Part shown: positions 1-12,441 of the stretch, one piece after another
Numbering within the stretch: the stretch's first letter is position 1
Layout: each line of letters begins with the position of its first letter
NCBI RefSeq assembly: GCF_011745625.1
Contig: NW_027191453.1
Coordinates: 868,001 to 932,000 of the forward strand
DNA: 64,000 nt
Reading direction: 5' to 3'
Origin: Cladosporium halotolerans
Taxonomy: Eukaryota
Made by a program: the position numbers and the translations under genes
Notes under the pieces: model-generated
Database searches by the model: none
What the model was told of the DNA's origin: nothing
What the model saw: the letters and a program-made list of their open reading frames with translations, nothing else

Positions 1-2362
1 AGACAACGACATTTTCCAGCTCGCTCGCAACATCAATGTCGGCTTTTTCGCTACCGTGGTTCTGAAAGACTACGTTGCTGCAATCCTCAACACACCACGC
101 GCCGACTCCGAGTGGTGGCTCAACCTTGGAAAGGAGATTCCTCAGCCTGGCGGCCAGCGCCTTGAGCGTGGCACCGGCAACGTGGTATCCACTGAGTTTG
201 CCGTTCTCTACCACTGGCATGCTGCTCTCAGTGCCGCTGATGACCAGTGGATGGAGGATGTCATCAGAGAAGCCATTCCTGAGCTGGGAGACATCAATGA
301 CATGACGCCTGAAATGATGACCAAGGTCTACAGGCTGTTCGGCACAAAGTACCACACGACACCCGCCAAAGAATGGACCTTTGGCGGCCTTGAGAGAGGC
401 GAGGACGGTAAATTTAGCGACTTCGATCTGGCCGAAGTTATCAAGGACTGCATTGAGGAGCCCGCGCACGCTTTCGGTGCTCATGGCACACCTGCTAGTC
501 TGAGGTGCGTTGATATCATGGGTATGCTGCAGGCACGCAACCAGTTCAACGTTTGCACTATGAACGAGTAAGTCAGATCTCCCGGTTTCAAGGGAACATG
601 AAATGCTAACCTCGACAGATTCCGCAAATATCTGAATCTGAAAACTTACGAGAGCTTTGATGAGTGGAACGAGGACAAGGAGACTGCCAGAGCTGCCGAG
701 CTTCTGTACGGCCACATCGACAACCTCGAGTTGTACCCTGGGTTGATGGCGGAGTGCACTAAGCCCGCAATGCCTGGTAGTGGTGTCTGCCCCGGACAGA
801 CCACGGGACGTGGTATTCTTGATGATGCTGTCGCGCTGGTCCGCGGTGATCGTTTCCTGAGCTACGACTTCAACAGCAGCACCCTCACCAACTGGGGTGC
901 GGCGAAGATTTCCGAGGCCGCGCCTGGAGCGTACGGCGGGATGCTTCCCACCCTTCTCATGAACGCGCTTCCTGGTGGCTGGACCGGCACTTCTTCCTAC
1001 GCCTTACTTCCGTTTTACACTCCTCGTGCGGCACGTGGAATTCTGAGAGACAACGGTGTCATCGACAAGTACGACACTGAGCGTCCTCCTAGCGGCAGAG
1101 AGATTGTCGGTATCCACACTCAGGCTGGCTGCAAGGCTGTCTTCGAGGACCGCCAGAACTTCCGCGTCATGTACCAGCATGCCATCAGGAAGTGCACCGA
1201 CGGGCACGACTTCATGATCGGCTGGGACGAGGCCAAAAGGCACGATGACCGCTCCAAATTCCTCCACGACGTGTTCTTCGAGCAAGGCTTCGAAGCCAAC
1301 GTCACCAAGTTCTTCCGTAGCACGGTCGCCGACCTCATCAAGAAGAAGTCACTCTCGTACAAGGGCACCCGCCGATCGCTGAACGTCGTCCGTGACGTCT
1401 GCAACGTCACTCCCATCATGTGGCTCGCCAACCGCTTCTCCATCCCCCTCAAGACCGAAGACACACCTCGCGGTCTGCTCACCATCCCGCAGCTCTTTGA
1501 CTGCTACCTCGTCCTCTTCATATACCAGAGCTTCAATATCCTCCCCATGAGCGAATGGAAGCTCCGCGAGGGCGCCAGCAAAGTCTCCCCCCTCCTGCGC
1601 AAGATCTTCGAGACCCACCTGCGCACGCAATCCGGCCTCACGGAGCACTTCGTCGACTGGATGGCCAAAGGCAGCGCCTTCGAAGTCAAGCCCGAAGCCG
1701 ACCGCCTCTACAAGGCGCTCAACGACTCCGACCTCCCCGTCGGCGACCTCGTCGGCGACTGCATCGGCATGGGCGCCCCCGTCGCCGGCAACATCACGCA
1801 GCAGGCCTCGCTGCTCATCGACCTCTTCCTGTCCCCCGACTACGAGCAGTACAAGAACCGCATCGTCGAGCTCGCGCACATGGACGAGGCCATCTCCGAG
1901 CGCGAGCTGCAGGGCTTCGTGTTCGAGGGCATGCGCCACGCCGGCGTCGTGCCGGGCCTGCCGCGCGTGGCAGCCAAGGACGTCGTCGTCAACGACGGCG
2001 CGCGCGGCAAGGTCCACGTCAAGGCTAACCAGCTCGTCCTCATTGCCACGTCCAAGGCTGCCATGGACCCCGTCGCCTTCCCGGAGCCGGAGAAGCTCGA
2101 CCCGCACAGGCCGTTCAGCGCGTACACGCTGCTCGGGCACGGGCTGCACTTCTGCTTCGGCGCGAGGTTGGTCGGGTGCTCGCTGGCGGCGACGCTGAGG
2201 GAGGTGTTCAAGCTGAAGAATGTGCGGAGGGCGAAGGGCAGGCATGGCAAGTTCCATTCCGTTGAGCACAACATTGCTGGCGTGAACCAGAGACTTTACT
2301 TGGATGGTAATGCGAAGGAGTCGCCGGTTCCGACGAGCCTGGTTATTGAGTATGACGAGTAG
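1..2362 (+). CDS. Fatty-acid dioxygenase-cytochrome P450 fusion (Ppo / linoleate diol synthase family), 5' end outside window
   Basis: Heme-peroxidase motif EFAVLYHWH. Intron 568-618 (GTAAGT..CTAAC..CAG) joins ..TMNE to FRKYLNL..LYGHIDNLELYPGL and DAVALVRGDRF. C-terminal P450 ExxR (EGMR) and heme-Cys motif GHGLHFCFG. Stop at 2362. Confidence 0.92.
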
Positions 2363-2737
2363 ATGATACGAGTGGATGGTAATTATGATGGGAAGGAGTG
2401 GGCTAGGATGAGACTATGAATATGTGCAATATATGCGTCGCTCCCGAAAAGCCTTGAAATGACAGTCCTTCGCTCTATTTCGAGTCCCTCCGCAAATGTC
2501 CTGCCACGACACCCTCTCACTACACGCGACCACGGAAGAGAATTAAAGTCCCCCGCAGTGACCTCAAGACTGTGCCGATACAAATTTATGATTCCCACAC
2601 TTCTCAACAAGGCGCTAATACCAACAGTATATCTGTACAGGCTTTTATTCGTCTTACGTACGAAACATTCATCACTACGTTATGAACATTCCACCCATCA
2701 TCTCATCCCGTCCAACTTATTTGTAACCATCCTCCAT

Positions 2738-5700
2738 CTACACCTCAACGGTGAACGGCCCATCAAGCTTCTGATCCATCTCAATAGTAACAACACCCTT
2801 CTTGTACTCCCACTCATCGTCCTTGCACTTCTTCTTCCCCTTGCCCTTCTTACCATACTTCGGCGCCTTGCCGGGCTTCTTGGAACCCAGCACCTTAACG
2901 GCGCTCACCCTCGCGTCCTCAGCCGTGTAGTCGAACGAGCCGCTGGCCTCCAGCACGCCGTTCTCGTACTTGAACTCGATCTCCGACGTCGCCTCCTGCT
3001 CGATGCTGTCGCCGTCGTCGAGGTACAGCTTGCCGCTGGCCTTGCCGTCGCGGTCGGGCGCGACGATGAGCTGGAAGGGCTTGGCGCGGACCTCGGTGGT
3101 CGTCAGGCCGCTCTCGGCGCGCAGGGGGATGACGGCGCCTCCGCGGACGTGCAGGGGGATTTGCGTGAAGTCGATGTCGTTGAGAGTGACCTCGGAGCCA
3201 GAGCCCTCGACGACCTCCCAGGTGTCGAAGGCGTAGAAGCGGTCGTCGGGCACGTAGATGGTGACGCTGGTGGAGTTCTCCTCCGTCACGGGCGAGACGA
3301 GGATGTCGGCGCCGTAGAAGAACTGCAGTTGGTTGCTGAAGAGGGCGGCGTCGTAGGGGTAGTTGAAGAAGAGGGGGTTGAGGAGGGGCGTGCCGTCGAC
3401 GGTCTGCTGGTGCAGGGCGGTGTAGATGTAGTCGAGCAGGCGGTAGCGGATGTCGTAAGCGGAGCGGGCGGCATCGGCGACGGTCTCCCAGAGGTAGAAT
3501 TCCTGCGGGATGGAGGTGTCGCCGTTGTGGTTGCGGGAGAAGGGGTAGAAGGCGCCGAGGGTGGCCCAGCGGGCGCAGAGGGTTTCGGTGGTGTTGCCGC
3601 CGAAGCCGCAGATGTCGGAGCCGACCATGGGCATTTGGAAGAAAGTGGTGAAGTCGAGCATGGCTTGGATGGACATCCTGTACTGCTCCCAGGTGCTCAG
3701 GTTGTCACCGAGCCACTTCGCGACGCTGCGGCCAGCGCCGGCGAATGTAGAGCGAGTGATGACCATGGGGCGACGAGCGGGCCTCCTTGCGAGGAGGGCG
3801 TTGCGGGAAGCCACACTCATCATAGATCCATAGAGGTTGTGGACGTCAAGCTCAACGTGACCATCGTAGTGAACGATGTCAGTGTCGGCGGTGAAGTTGG
3901 ACAGCCCGCCGTAGGGGGTGATGGTGTTCGTATTGTCGATTTGGTACGGTGGCTCAAGGTAGTTCCTGTCAGGGTATCCGATCACTTCAGCCTCTTGACG
4001 CTTGGAGAGCGGGGAGCCCTGGGGGAGAGCATTGCGCTTCTTGGTGTTCGGCGCAGCATCGGAAGCGAGCCAAGGCGGTGCGTAGACGTAGTTGTCAGGC
4101 GGGTAGGGAGCAGCACCGGGCTGGAACTCAGGCGGGAAGCCTGGGATCTCGCGAGGCTGGGAGCGAAGGGCGGGGCGAGGCGGAGGGAAGTTGCGCTCCT
4201 CGGCAGTGGTGTCAGGGTCGTTGGCGAAAAGGTTGAAGTTGGCGGGCTCGTTCTGTCAAAAAGCGGTCAGTGCATTGCTCGTGTTCCCGAAGTCTCAGCC
4301 CACTCACCATATCAATCCACAGTGCGTCAATATCGACTCCGCTGTCGGCATCGAAGAACGAGAGGAACTCATCGTTCCAGTACTCCTGAATCTCCGGGTG
4401 GAACCAATCAGGGAAGGCAGTGACACCAGGCCAAACCACGCCACGGTAGATCGAGCCGTTCTTGTAGAGGAAGAGACCCTCATCGCGGGCAGTGGTGAAG
4501 GTATCGTAAGTAAGGTTGTCATACTTCTGCTCCTGGTATGCCACAGCTGGGTCAACCATGACGACATAGTGCTGGTCGTGCTCGTGGAGGTAGTCAACGA
4601 CATCCCGCATCCTCTCAAGAGGGAAACGGTCAGGATCGAGGGTCATGATGTAACGCTCGTACATGTAGTCAACTGCAAGCTAGTTAGTAACTGCAGCCCC
4701 AGGAATTGATTCAGCTCTGCTTACTGTCAGTCCACATGGTCTCAAGCGGAATGCCGGCGGCAGAGTAGTTTGTAATGACCTCCGCGATAGCGTAGAAGTC
4801 ACGGTAGCCGTAGCTAAATCTCGTATTAGTGGTACTCCATTTAAACGGGAGCTTCACGACTCACCGGCACTGGTGCAGACCGAAGCCCCAGTAGGGCATC
4901 ATAGCAGGCAATCCAGCGACTTCGGCGTATTGCTGGCTGACTTCGGTTGGTGTCTCACCAGCCATGAAGTAGAGATCAATCACACCACCGAGGGTGTTGT
5001 ATTCAAGGTATTGCTGGCCATCCTCGACATCGATCTTTACATCCATACCAGAGCTGGAAAGGAGGAAGACACCGTGAGTGCCTGCATCACCACGGTGCTC
5101 GAAGTAGACCGGGTGGGATCCGTAGAGGTTAGAGCCGGTCGGGACACCGTAGGAGTCCCGGTTCCAGAAAGTGCGGGTATAGTCGGTTGTGTTCAGACGC
5201 AAGCCGTCGGTGTGCTCTCCCAGACCGTAGATGTTAGGGTCTTGGGGGAGGGCAGTACGGAGGCGCAGGTACTGATCTTGGAAGATGAGAGACGCAGCGG
5301 AGGAATCGAAGAGCACCTCATCGTTCGACTTGCGGGTGACCTTGAAGCTGAAAGGGCTCTCTTCCCACGAGAACTCGAGATCGGAGTCGTCCGAAGATAC
5401 GGAGTCGTCGGAGCTCGGGGTAGGGAAGACATCGGTAGGCACCTGGTAGGCAACAGCAGGGCTGTCCTCGATCTTCACGTGGAGGCGTTTGGCTTTGAGC
5501 GTGGTTAGCGTCCAAGTTATAAGATGTTCCAGCATCAATCATCTTACAGGAATCGTAGTTGACCGACAAGCGGAGGTTCTCGATATCCTTGCCATAGCTG
5601 TTGCAAGCTGCACCAGCCAAAGACAGGTCGGCAGAGAGACCAGTGCCGGTCTGCTGGACGTTGCTGGCAGAGTAGCCAGGGCATGATGTGTCGTTCGAGA

Positions 5701-5770
5701 GCTGTCTCGGAGCAATCGCTCGAGCTGAAGCAGCAGCCACAAGGGCACTGCCGGCGAGTAATCCGTGCAT
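2738..5770 (-). CDS. Secreted GH31 alpha-glucosidase (multi-exon)
   Basis: Signal peptide [16 protein letters not shown]. Motifs [25 protein letters not shown], nucleophile WIDM|NE split by intron (~4254-4307), [20 protein letters not shown]. Other introns near 5493-5547, ~4813-4864 and ~4673-4723. Confidence 0.95.
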
Positions 5771-5828
5771 GGTTGAGACGAGGAAATTCGACCTACCTCC
5801 ACCCCGGCAACGAGACTGCTGCAGGTAT

Positions 5829-5836
5829 GTTATATA
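5829..5836 (-). promoter_or_regulatory. Putative TATA box of the GH31 gene
   Basis: TATATAAC on the minus strand about 60 bp upstream of the ATG at 5770. Confidence 0.45.
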
Positions 5837-8800
5837 CTCGCCCTTTCGGCGGTTCTCACGGTGAATTCTACCGTGGCTGCAGCATTGTTGACGCCGGCCA
5901 AGAAAGTTGACGAAGCGATGTCATCGGCCTCCCTTGCCAGCGGGAGCGCAGACACGTGAGGCGCCCTCGCTCAAGCCGCGGCCGCAACGGTATGAAGTGA
6001 GCGAAGATCTCAGAGCTCTGCCTGGCGCCGGCTGCAGGAACCGGCGGAGTCAGGCGGAGTTTGGCCTCGCGAGTGGCGCAATGCGCGCCCAGCTTCCCTG
6101 TCCATCTCCACATCGCACGGGCCGCCCCCCTCTGTCTCCACTCGTTTTCCCCGCCCCCAAGACCGCGCCGTCATTCTTGGTATCGTCGTCTCCAAAGAAA
6201 CATGCAGGGTCGTCTGGGAGATCCAGCATTACGAGGCCGCCACCGCCGACAAAAACTCCGTCGCAGATTATATCGCTCAAAATTTGTGTTGAGATGAGGG
6301 TGGCCCCTCCACATCCACTCCGCCGTGGGGCACGGTATAGGGTATGCCTCGCAAATGAACGCGGATGTGTTACTGTTCTCGGCAGTGCCACATGAACCGC
6401 GGTATACCGTACCACGAGCCCGAACGCGCAGAGCCGAGAGACCATGACGGCGAGGCTGATTACCGATCGACTTGCCTGAATGAGCCTAGAAGACCTGCCG
6501 ATCGCTTCAGAACGCATCTGCAGCATGCATCGAAGAAAATCAGCTGATCACTGTAGGGCAGAAAGCAAGGACCGTGATGGTAACGTGCAGTGCAGAGGTC
6601 ATCACCATCGTCCGTTCGATCTGCTTGGTACCTGGGCCATGTTCCTGGCCACGCATCTCCATGGCGTGACCTAGGCCAGACCAACGTGAATACTTTGGCG
6701 ATGTCACATCGCTGAAGAGACTAACGAATGGCAAGTTCCGCTTGGAGGTCATTGTTGTTTTCATGGTTTCTTGTCCTCGCCGAATCTTGCGGCCCATTCG
6801 ATCGGACTTCTCCACTGCTATCGCATTTTTCGGAGACTGGGCCTGGGGTACCCATCGAGAGTTCCGACTTGAACGGTGGTTTGATCAGAGCAGATGCTAC
6901 AAGCGTGAATGCTGTGAAGGTAAGTAGTTGTTGCCCCCCAAATCATGGCCCGAGATCTTCTCATGCACAAGTGAGACGTTGAAGCTTCCGGTAACAAGAA
7001 ATCCATGGGCGTAAATCACTAATGATAAATACAGCGAAAGCCAGGCCGGCAGTGAAGCTCCCATGCCAGTCACCTCGTGAACGACGAGGCTGCGGAAGCA
7101 TCCAATCGTAGATTATCAACCCAGCCCAATGGACAGTTCGCAGCGTGGGACTGGAACGTCGTTCGTGAACCCTGATAGGCGGTACACACTCCACCGCACT
7201 AGAACACCTTCAACACCACATCGCTTTTCCTTCTCTGTCAAGCAGCCGCACCCACTACACCCTCGCGCCTAATGCTAGCACCAGCACCCGCGCCAGCACC
7301 ACCTGCATTATCATTACCACCATCACCAGTACCATCCCCAAAGCCAGCGCTGGGCCCCAAGAAGCTGTCGCGGCGTCTTTCTCCGTCCTCAGGACCAACA
7401 GCAATAATCATGTTTCCGAGGCATGCCGAGCACTTTGGGGATGCCCCCAATTTCCTAAGAACGTCAATTAGTTTCCTCCTATACGTTTCACAGCTGCGCT
7501 TCAGTACTCACCCACTGTGCCCAGTACCGGCGCATCTTCCGCAGACAATGTAATCAATGCCGCCGATGTTGAAGATTACTCTGTTGCTCGCACAAAGTCT
7601 GTCTGTGCGCGGGTGTGCTGTCCCGTCGTTCGTTTTTCTTCCGCTGTTGGACTGCATGTTTGCGGTGAGGTTTCTTGGGTTTGCTGTGGATGATTACAAC
7701 GGGGTGGAGGGTCCCTTATGTGGGACCTTGGGGGTAACAATCCCATTTTCCTTTAAAATCTCCTACTTCCAGGCAACCGGATGCCCAGACGAGGCGAACG
7801 AGGGCAAGAGGCCGTTCATCCGCGCCTTGTCGCCTCTCTGCCAGCACATGGCCGATCTTCCTGGTCAGACTGGTGGGGCGTCGAGGTCTTAGACTGCGCT
7901 CGCAACGAGCCTTGAACTTCTCACACCTATCATTACATCTCCTGAGCAAGTGGTAAGCCAATCCCAGCCGGTGGGAGGCCGCCCTGACGCCACGCGGTCG
8001 AATCTGCTGACATCTCACTGGCAGTCATCCTTCGTGCGATGCCTTAGCTACCGCCCTAGATGAACCACGCCTTAGTACTGGCCATCAACATCCAAGACGA
8101 GGCGAACTGCCAGGCAACCTGGCAGGCCCCTTAAGGCAAGAGGTGAGTCGACATGTGGCTTACTCACCGGAGTAAGTCCAAGGGGATGCCATGATTGGCA
8201 AGCGCTCGCGCCTCATTGTCCTCCTCTTCACCGGACGCTCAGCAGGGGGCAAGCAGCAGCGGAGGGACTGCAGTATCGCTCGCTTCGATTGACCGTTTCT
8301 CTGAGCCAAGTGCCTCAGCCAGCTCACGAACATCAGCACGTGCACCAATATTGACACCTCAGGCTCATTCATCCTAACCCCCCTCAGAGGCGCAGTCTGC
8401 CACGCCCACCATGGCGCGCACATCGTGGAGCAGGACGTCCGCAAATGCTCCCAAACAGACGTCATTGATACTCCAGCGAGAGGCGTGGTTCGCAGCATCC
8501 ATCCTTCCGCCTCCCTTGCAGCACCTCAGCCACTCTAACGCAATCACGTCCCGCGCCGGCAACACACAGCGCCACCCACCGTCAAAGCCAGCTCCGGGCA
8601 CACCTTCTTTGCCACCGACCTGACATTGGCCAGACCGCAGCATCCACAGCCTCCGCCTCCCTATTCCAAACCAAGCCCCCCATAGCCCACAACATCCCAC
8701 GAGCAAAGCCCGCAACAACACTCTTTCTCCGTCTCACACGTCTCACGTCTCCATCTCCCGGCAAATATACCGCCAGGCTCGCGTCCCGCGCCAACAAAGC

Positions 8801-9511
8801 GCCCGTCCTTCGCAAACAAGCGAGCAACGCGCAGAGTACATAAGCACTACCGCTGCGTGCCGCCCGTGGCGCGGTCTCTAGCTCCCTCACCACGGCGTTA
8901 GCGAAGCCTCAGACACCCGTGCCGACACGAATGCAGCATACCGGCGGGCATCGCCACAGGGCTGTGACCCTATTGCGCGGAGGCGGAGCGGGCCATGAAG
9001 GCGGAGCGCGGGAGGATTGTGGGTAATCTGAGGCGGTTCAGGAAGAGGTAATCGAGTATTGTAGTGGAGCACGCCGAAGAAAAAGTTCTGCATTTGCATT
9101 GCATTGCACAGCATTGCATTTTCCGCACGCCTAGCTAGCTATTCTACTGCTTGCCTGCCCCAAAGTCCGAAACCAAAAGAAGAAAGAAAAAGGGGTAAAA
9201 ACGCCACCGTCCGCTGCGCCTGTGATTGTGCATTCCGCCGCCCAAGAGTGATCCGTTGTTGGGGAGTTCGCGTCCAGAACCGGGGGGAATAGCTCGTTGC
9301 CGGTTTGAACGCCGGTGGGGAAAGTCAGGAAGTCAGGAAGCTTGTGAACGAAACGCCGGGTGGTCTCGTGGTATTCGTGGTATTCGTTTTGAAGGAAAGG
9401 AAAGGGAGGGGGTGTGAGCGGTTGCAAGGTACCAGTACGTCTAGAGCGGTGCGTGGGTACGCAGCGCTTAGCGGGACGAGACTGATGGCCTGCAGGCCAG
9501 GATGAAGTAGT

Positions 9512-11599
9512 CTAGCAGTCAGCCAGACGAGCGCCCAGGGGAGAAGCCAGAAGGGCGACGAGTCCGACACCGCCAACAAGGGCGCCGGCAGCGTACTTGC
9601 CGACCTCGGTGACGGTAGATCTGAGGAGGCTCTTTCTGGCGCGTGGCTGCTTGATCTTGCGCTTCTTGGGCTTTGGCTCCGGCTCCGGCTCCTTGGCTGC
9701 ATTCGCAAGCTCCTGACGAACAGCATCGTCCTCGGCAGCCTGCGGCTCGAAGTGAGTCTGAGTGCCAGCCTCCTCGAATCCGGTAGATTTAGCGGTGTGG
9801 TTGTCTGTGTCGGCAGTGATATCCGCGGCCTTGCGCTTGGTACCTACGATGCGAAAAGATGATGACTCGGTGGCTTCAGCTGAGAACTCTTCGGAAGTAC
9901 CAGAAAAGCAACCCTTGAGTCCGTCTGTGTTGGCTGTGACAGGGTGTGACATCTCCTGGGAAAGTTGGCTGGGAAAGCCAAACACTGGAGTTTCGAGCAG
10001 CGGATGACTGGGTGCTGGTGGTGGGAACACGGTCCAGTTGAAGCGCAAACCACCATCCTGTCTGGTTTGCTGATTGTTCAAGCCAGGCTGGTAGGCGGTG
10101 TATGACGGCGGGTTGTAGGGAGGGACACCGTAGGAGTACATGTTGCGCGGATTGAAATCGTACGTAGCTGAGCCATCAGGGCCGATGTCCCATTTGCTAC
10201 TGCTCGCCAAGTCAGCATCTATGCCATATGCTGCGGATATTGCTCTATGAGTCGATTCGTACGAGCGTGGTAGAACAGCAGTCTTGGCAGAAGGGTTGTT
10301 GACGGGATCGATTCCATAGGCGGGCGCCTGAAAGCCGCGCACAGGGTCGTAATGCGGCCTAACGGGAGCAGGAGAATCGCGAGTTGGAACGTCACGGCCA
10401 GCCTCCTCGCCTAAAGTGCCTAGCTCGTGAGAAGGCTCGCGCTTGCTAGACATGATTTCGGGGCCCTCATCATCCTCAACATCGCCGTCAGGATTGTCGA
10501 CGTTGGAGGGCTGCGCGTCATTGCTGTCGATGTCAGCGATAGCAGAGCCCGCATCTTCGTCATCTGAGATCGCTGACTGATCAACACCCGATGTTGGATC
10601 CTGAGTACTCCACAATTCGCCATCACCATAGGGATCGTCCTCATCCGAGTTGTAGGCATCCTCCTCGTCAGACGCTTCGTCGAAGAAATCCTCAGATACG
10701 CCAACATATCCAGGAGCAACTGGAGTTCCAGTGGCCTCAACGGGCATTTCAGACTCGGCGTAGGTATCCTGAACGACCGTTGTGTCCTGCAACGAAGCAC
10801 GAGGTGCTGTGATGACGGGTTCGTGTTCCACATCATCATCATCATCGTCAAGCTCGATCACGACGGACGGGGACGACTTCTTCGGCTTTTGCGGCTCGAC
10901 ATTTGCAGTTGCTTGCTCTGGTGTAGTGTGAACGGAGGAGCTCTGCACCTGCACCTCTTCAACGCTGCTGTCGTCGTCAAAGTCAGACTCAGAGTCTGAA
11001 GGGCAACTGATTCCTGGCTGAGCAATCTTGACCGGAGCAGCCGCGTTCGGCTCCAGGGTCTCGATGTTTTCCACCTCAAGGGTGACACCGTCGTAGCTAT
11101 CTAGAATGCCGTTAGACCGAGCAGTTTCGCGATGAGCGGGTGCAAGACACTCACTGTCAGCTCTGCTCACGGACTCGCCAAGTCGAACAGTATCGCCCAA
11201 GAACAGCTGGAAAGGCTTGTGGGCCAACAACTTCTGGCCGTTGACTGAGGTGCCATGCATGCTGTTGCAGTCCTTGACCAAGACCTGCGATCCGGGCACG
11301 GTCCACTTGCTCACTTTGAGCTCGAGCTCGGCGTGCGCACGGCTGACCACCGGGCAGGCGAAGAGGGCGTTGTCAACAGATGCCGAAAGGTTCTTGGCTT
11401 CGGAGCGCGAGGAGCGGCCGACACTGACTGGCTTGTCGGGGCGGAGGGTGATGCGACGGTTGAAGCCGCCAGCTGGGTTGACCTGGCGCAAGGTGATGGC
11501 CACCGCTGAAGTCCTAGGGTCAGTCGCACGTTGCGCAGACAGTTTGTTCGAAGGCATACACTGATACTCACAGTTGCCGGCATCGGAGGCGGACGCCAT
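9512..11599 (-). CDS. FHA-domain protein with long acidic disordered region and C-terminal transmembrane anchor
   Basis: FHA motifs VGRSS, VVSRAHA, SMHGTSVNG. C-terminal hydrophobic YAAGALVGGVGLVALLA. Introns 11506-11571 and 11101-11154 (GTGAGT..CTRAC..YAG). Start at 11599 preferred; 11650 possible. Confidence 0.8.
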   Translation of the reverse strand: MASASDAGNCEYQCMPSNKLSAQRATDPRTSAVAITLRQVNPAGGFNRRITLRPDKPVSVGRSSRSEAKNLSASVDNALFACPVVSRAHAELELKVSKWTVPGSQVLVKDCNSMHGTSVNGQKLLAHKPFQLFLGDTVRLGESVSRADSECLAPAHRETARSNGILDSYDGVTLEVENIETLEPNAAAPVKIAQPGISCPSDSESDFDDDSSVEEVQVQSSSVHTTPEQATANVEPQKPKKSSPSVVIELDDDDDDVEHEPVITAPRASLQDTTVVQDTYAESEMPVEATGTPVAPGYVGVSEDFFDEASDEEDAYNSDEDDPYGDGELWSTQDPTSGVDQSAISDDEDAGSAIADIDSNDAQPSNVDNPDGDVEDDEGPEIMSSKREPSHELGTLGEEAGRDVPTRDSPAPVRPHYDPVRGFQAPAYGIDPVNNPSAKTAVLPRSYESTHRAISAAYGIDADLASSSKWDIGPDGSATYDFNPRNMYSYGVPPYNPPSYTAYQPGLNNQQTRQDGGLRFNWTVFPPPAPSHPLLETPVFGFPSQLSQEMSHPVTANTDGLKGCFSGTSEEFSAEATESSSFRIVGTKRKAADITADTDNHTAKSTGFEEAGTQTHFEPQAAEDDAVRQELANAAKEPEPEPKPKKRKIKQPRARKSLLRSTVTEVGKYAAGALVGGVGLVALLASPLGARLADC

Positions 11600-12441
11600 G
11601 GTGTCGCTGGCGAAGTAGGGGTTCATCGCTGCGTAAAGCAGGGGCGGCATGGGAGCTCAGCCTGCAGGGAGTCTGGTGCGATAAGGTGGATGTAAGATGA
11701 GGGAGAGTCGGCGGTGCGAGCAGGGCAATAAGTGCGGCAAGCGGCGGTCCGGTGCGTGGGCGGGAGCCTTCACCTCCCCTGAGCGGCGTGTGGTTGAGGT
11801 GTAGGTCAGTGAAGGTGACAGAGGGGCGGTGCCAGCAGGGTGGTGCGACGGCAGCGGTGGAAGGCGGATGATGGGTGGATGGAGGGTGCGGGGCGCGTGA
11901 AGTCCAGGCGCCGGCGCAAGGCAGCGAGCGAGTGTCCGGTCGCTGCGCTGGCGAACATGTGACTGTGACGGTAATGATTGGGGGGAGCTCTGAGCTCCTG
12001 TGGCATGTTAGGAGGCGTTGCCTGCCGTCACTCTAATGATTGCATTCACCCACATGAGCCCCGGTGATGGTGATGCCTAGGGCAAAGTCGCGCAAGAAGT
12101 GAGGACAGCCTCTATATACATAGACACCCCATTTTTAGGTTGTCCACCTGCATTTCACTGCCAGACGTGAGGCGCGAGTGGTCCTGATCGTCACAGCACC
12201 AGATAGCGATGCCGCGCTACCCCGCCATCAGCAGCGATAACGATAACGGGAAGCATCCCGCCGCGCCGGCCCGCTTCCTCGGCCGCGCGACTGGCGCAGA
12301 AGGTCGGCTCTCTTGAAGCTTGACTGCGCAGCGAAGAAAATCAGCTGCAGTCAGCTGAAGACGCGCGCGCGCATTGCCACCGACTCTCCAGCAGGAGCAC
12401 GCACAACCCTCATGCGAAGGCTTCGATAGCCGCAGCTCGAC

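Noticed and set aside
2459..4423. 654-aa plus-strand ORF
   Set aside because: Antisense shadow of the GH31 gene caused by strong codon bias; no domain motifs.
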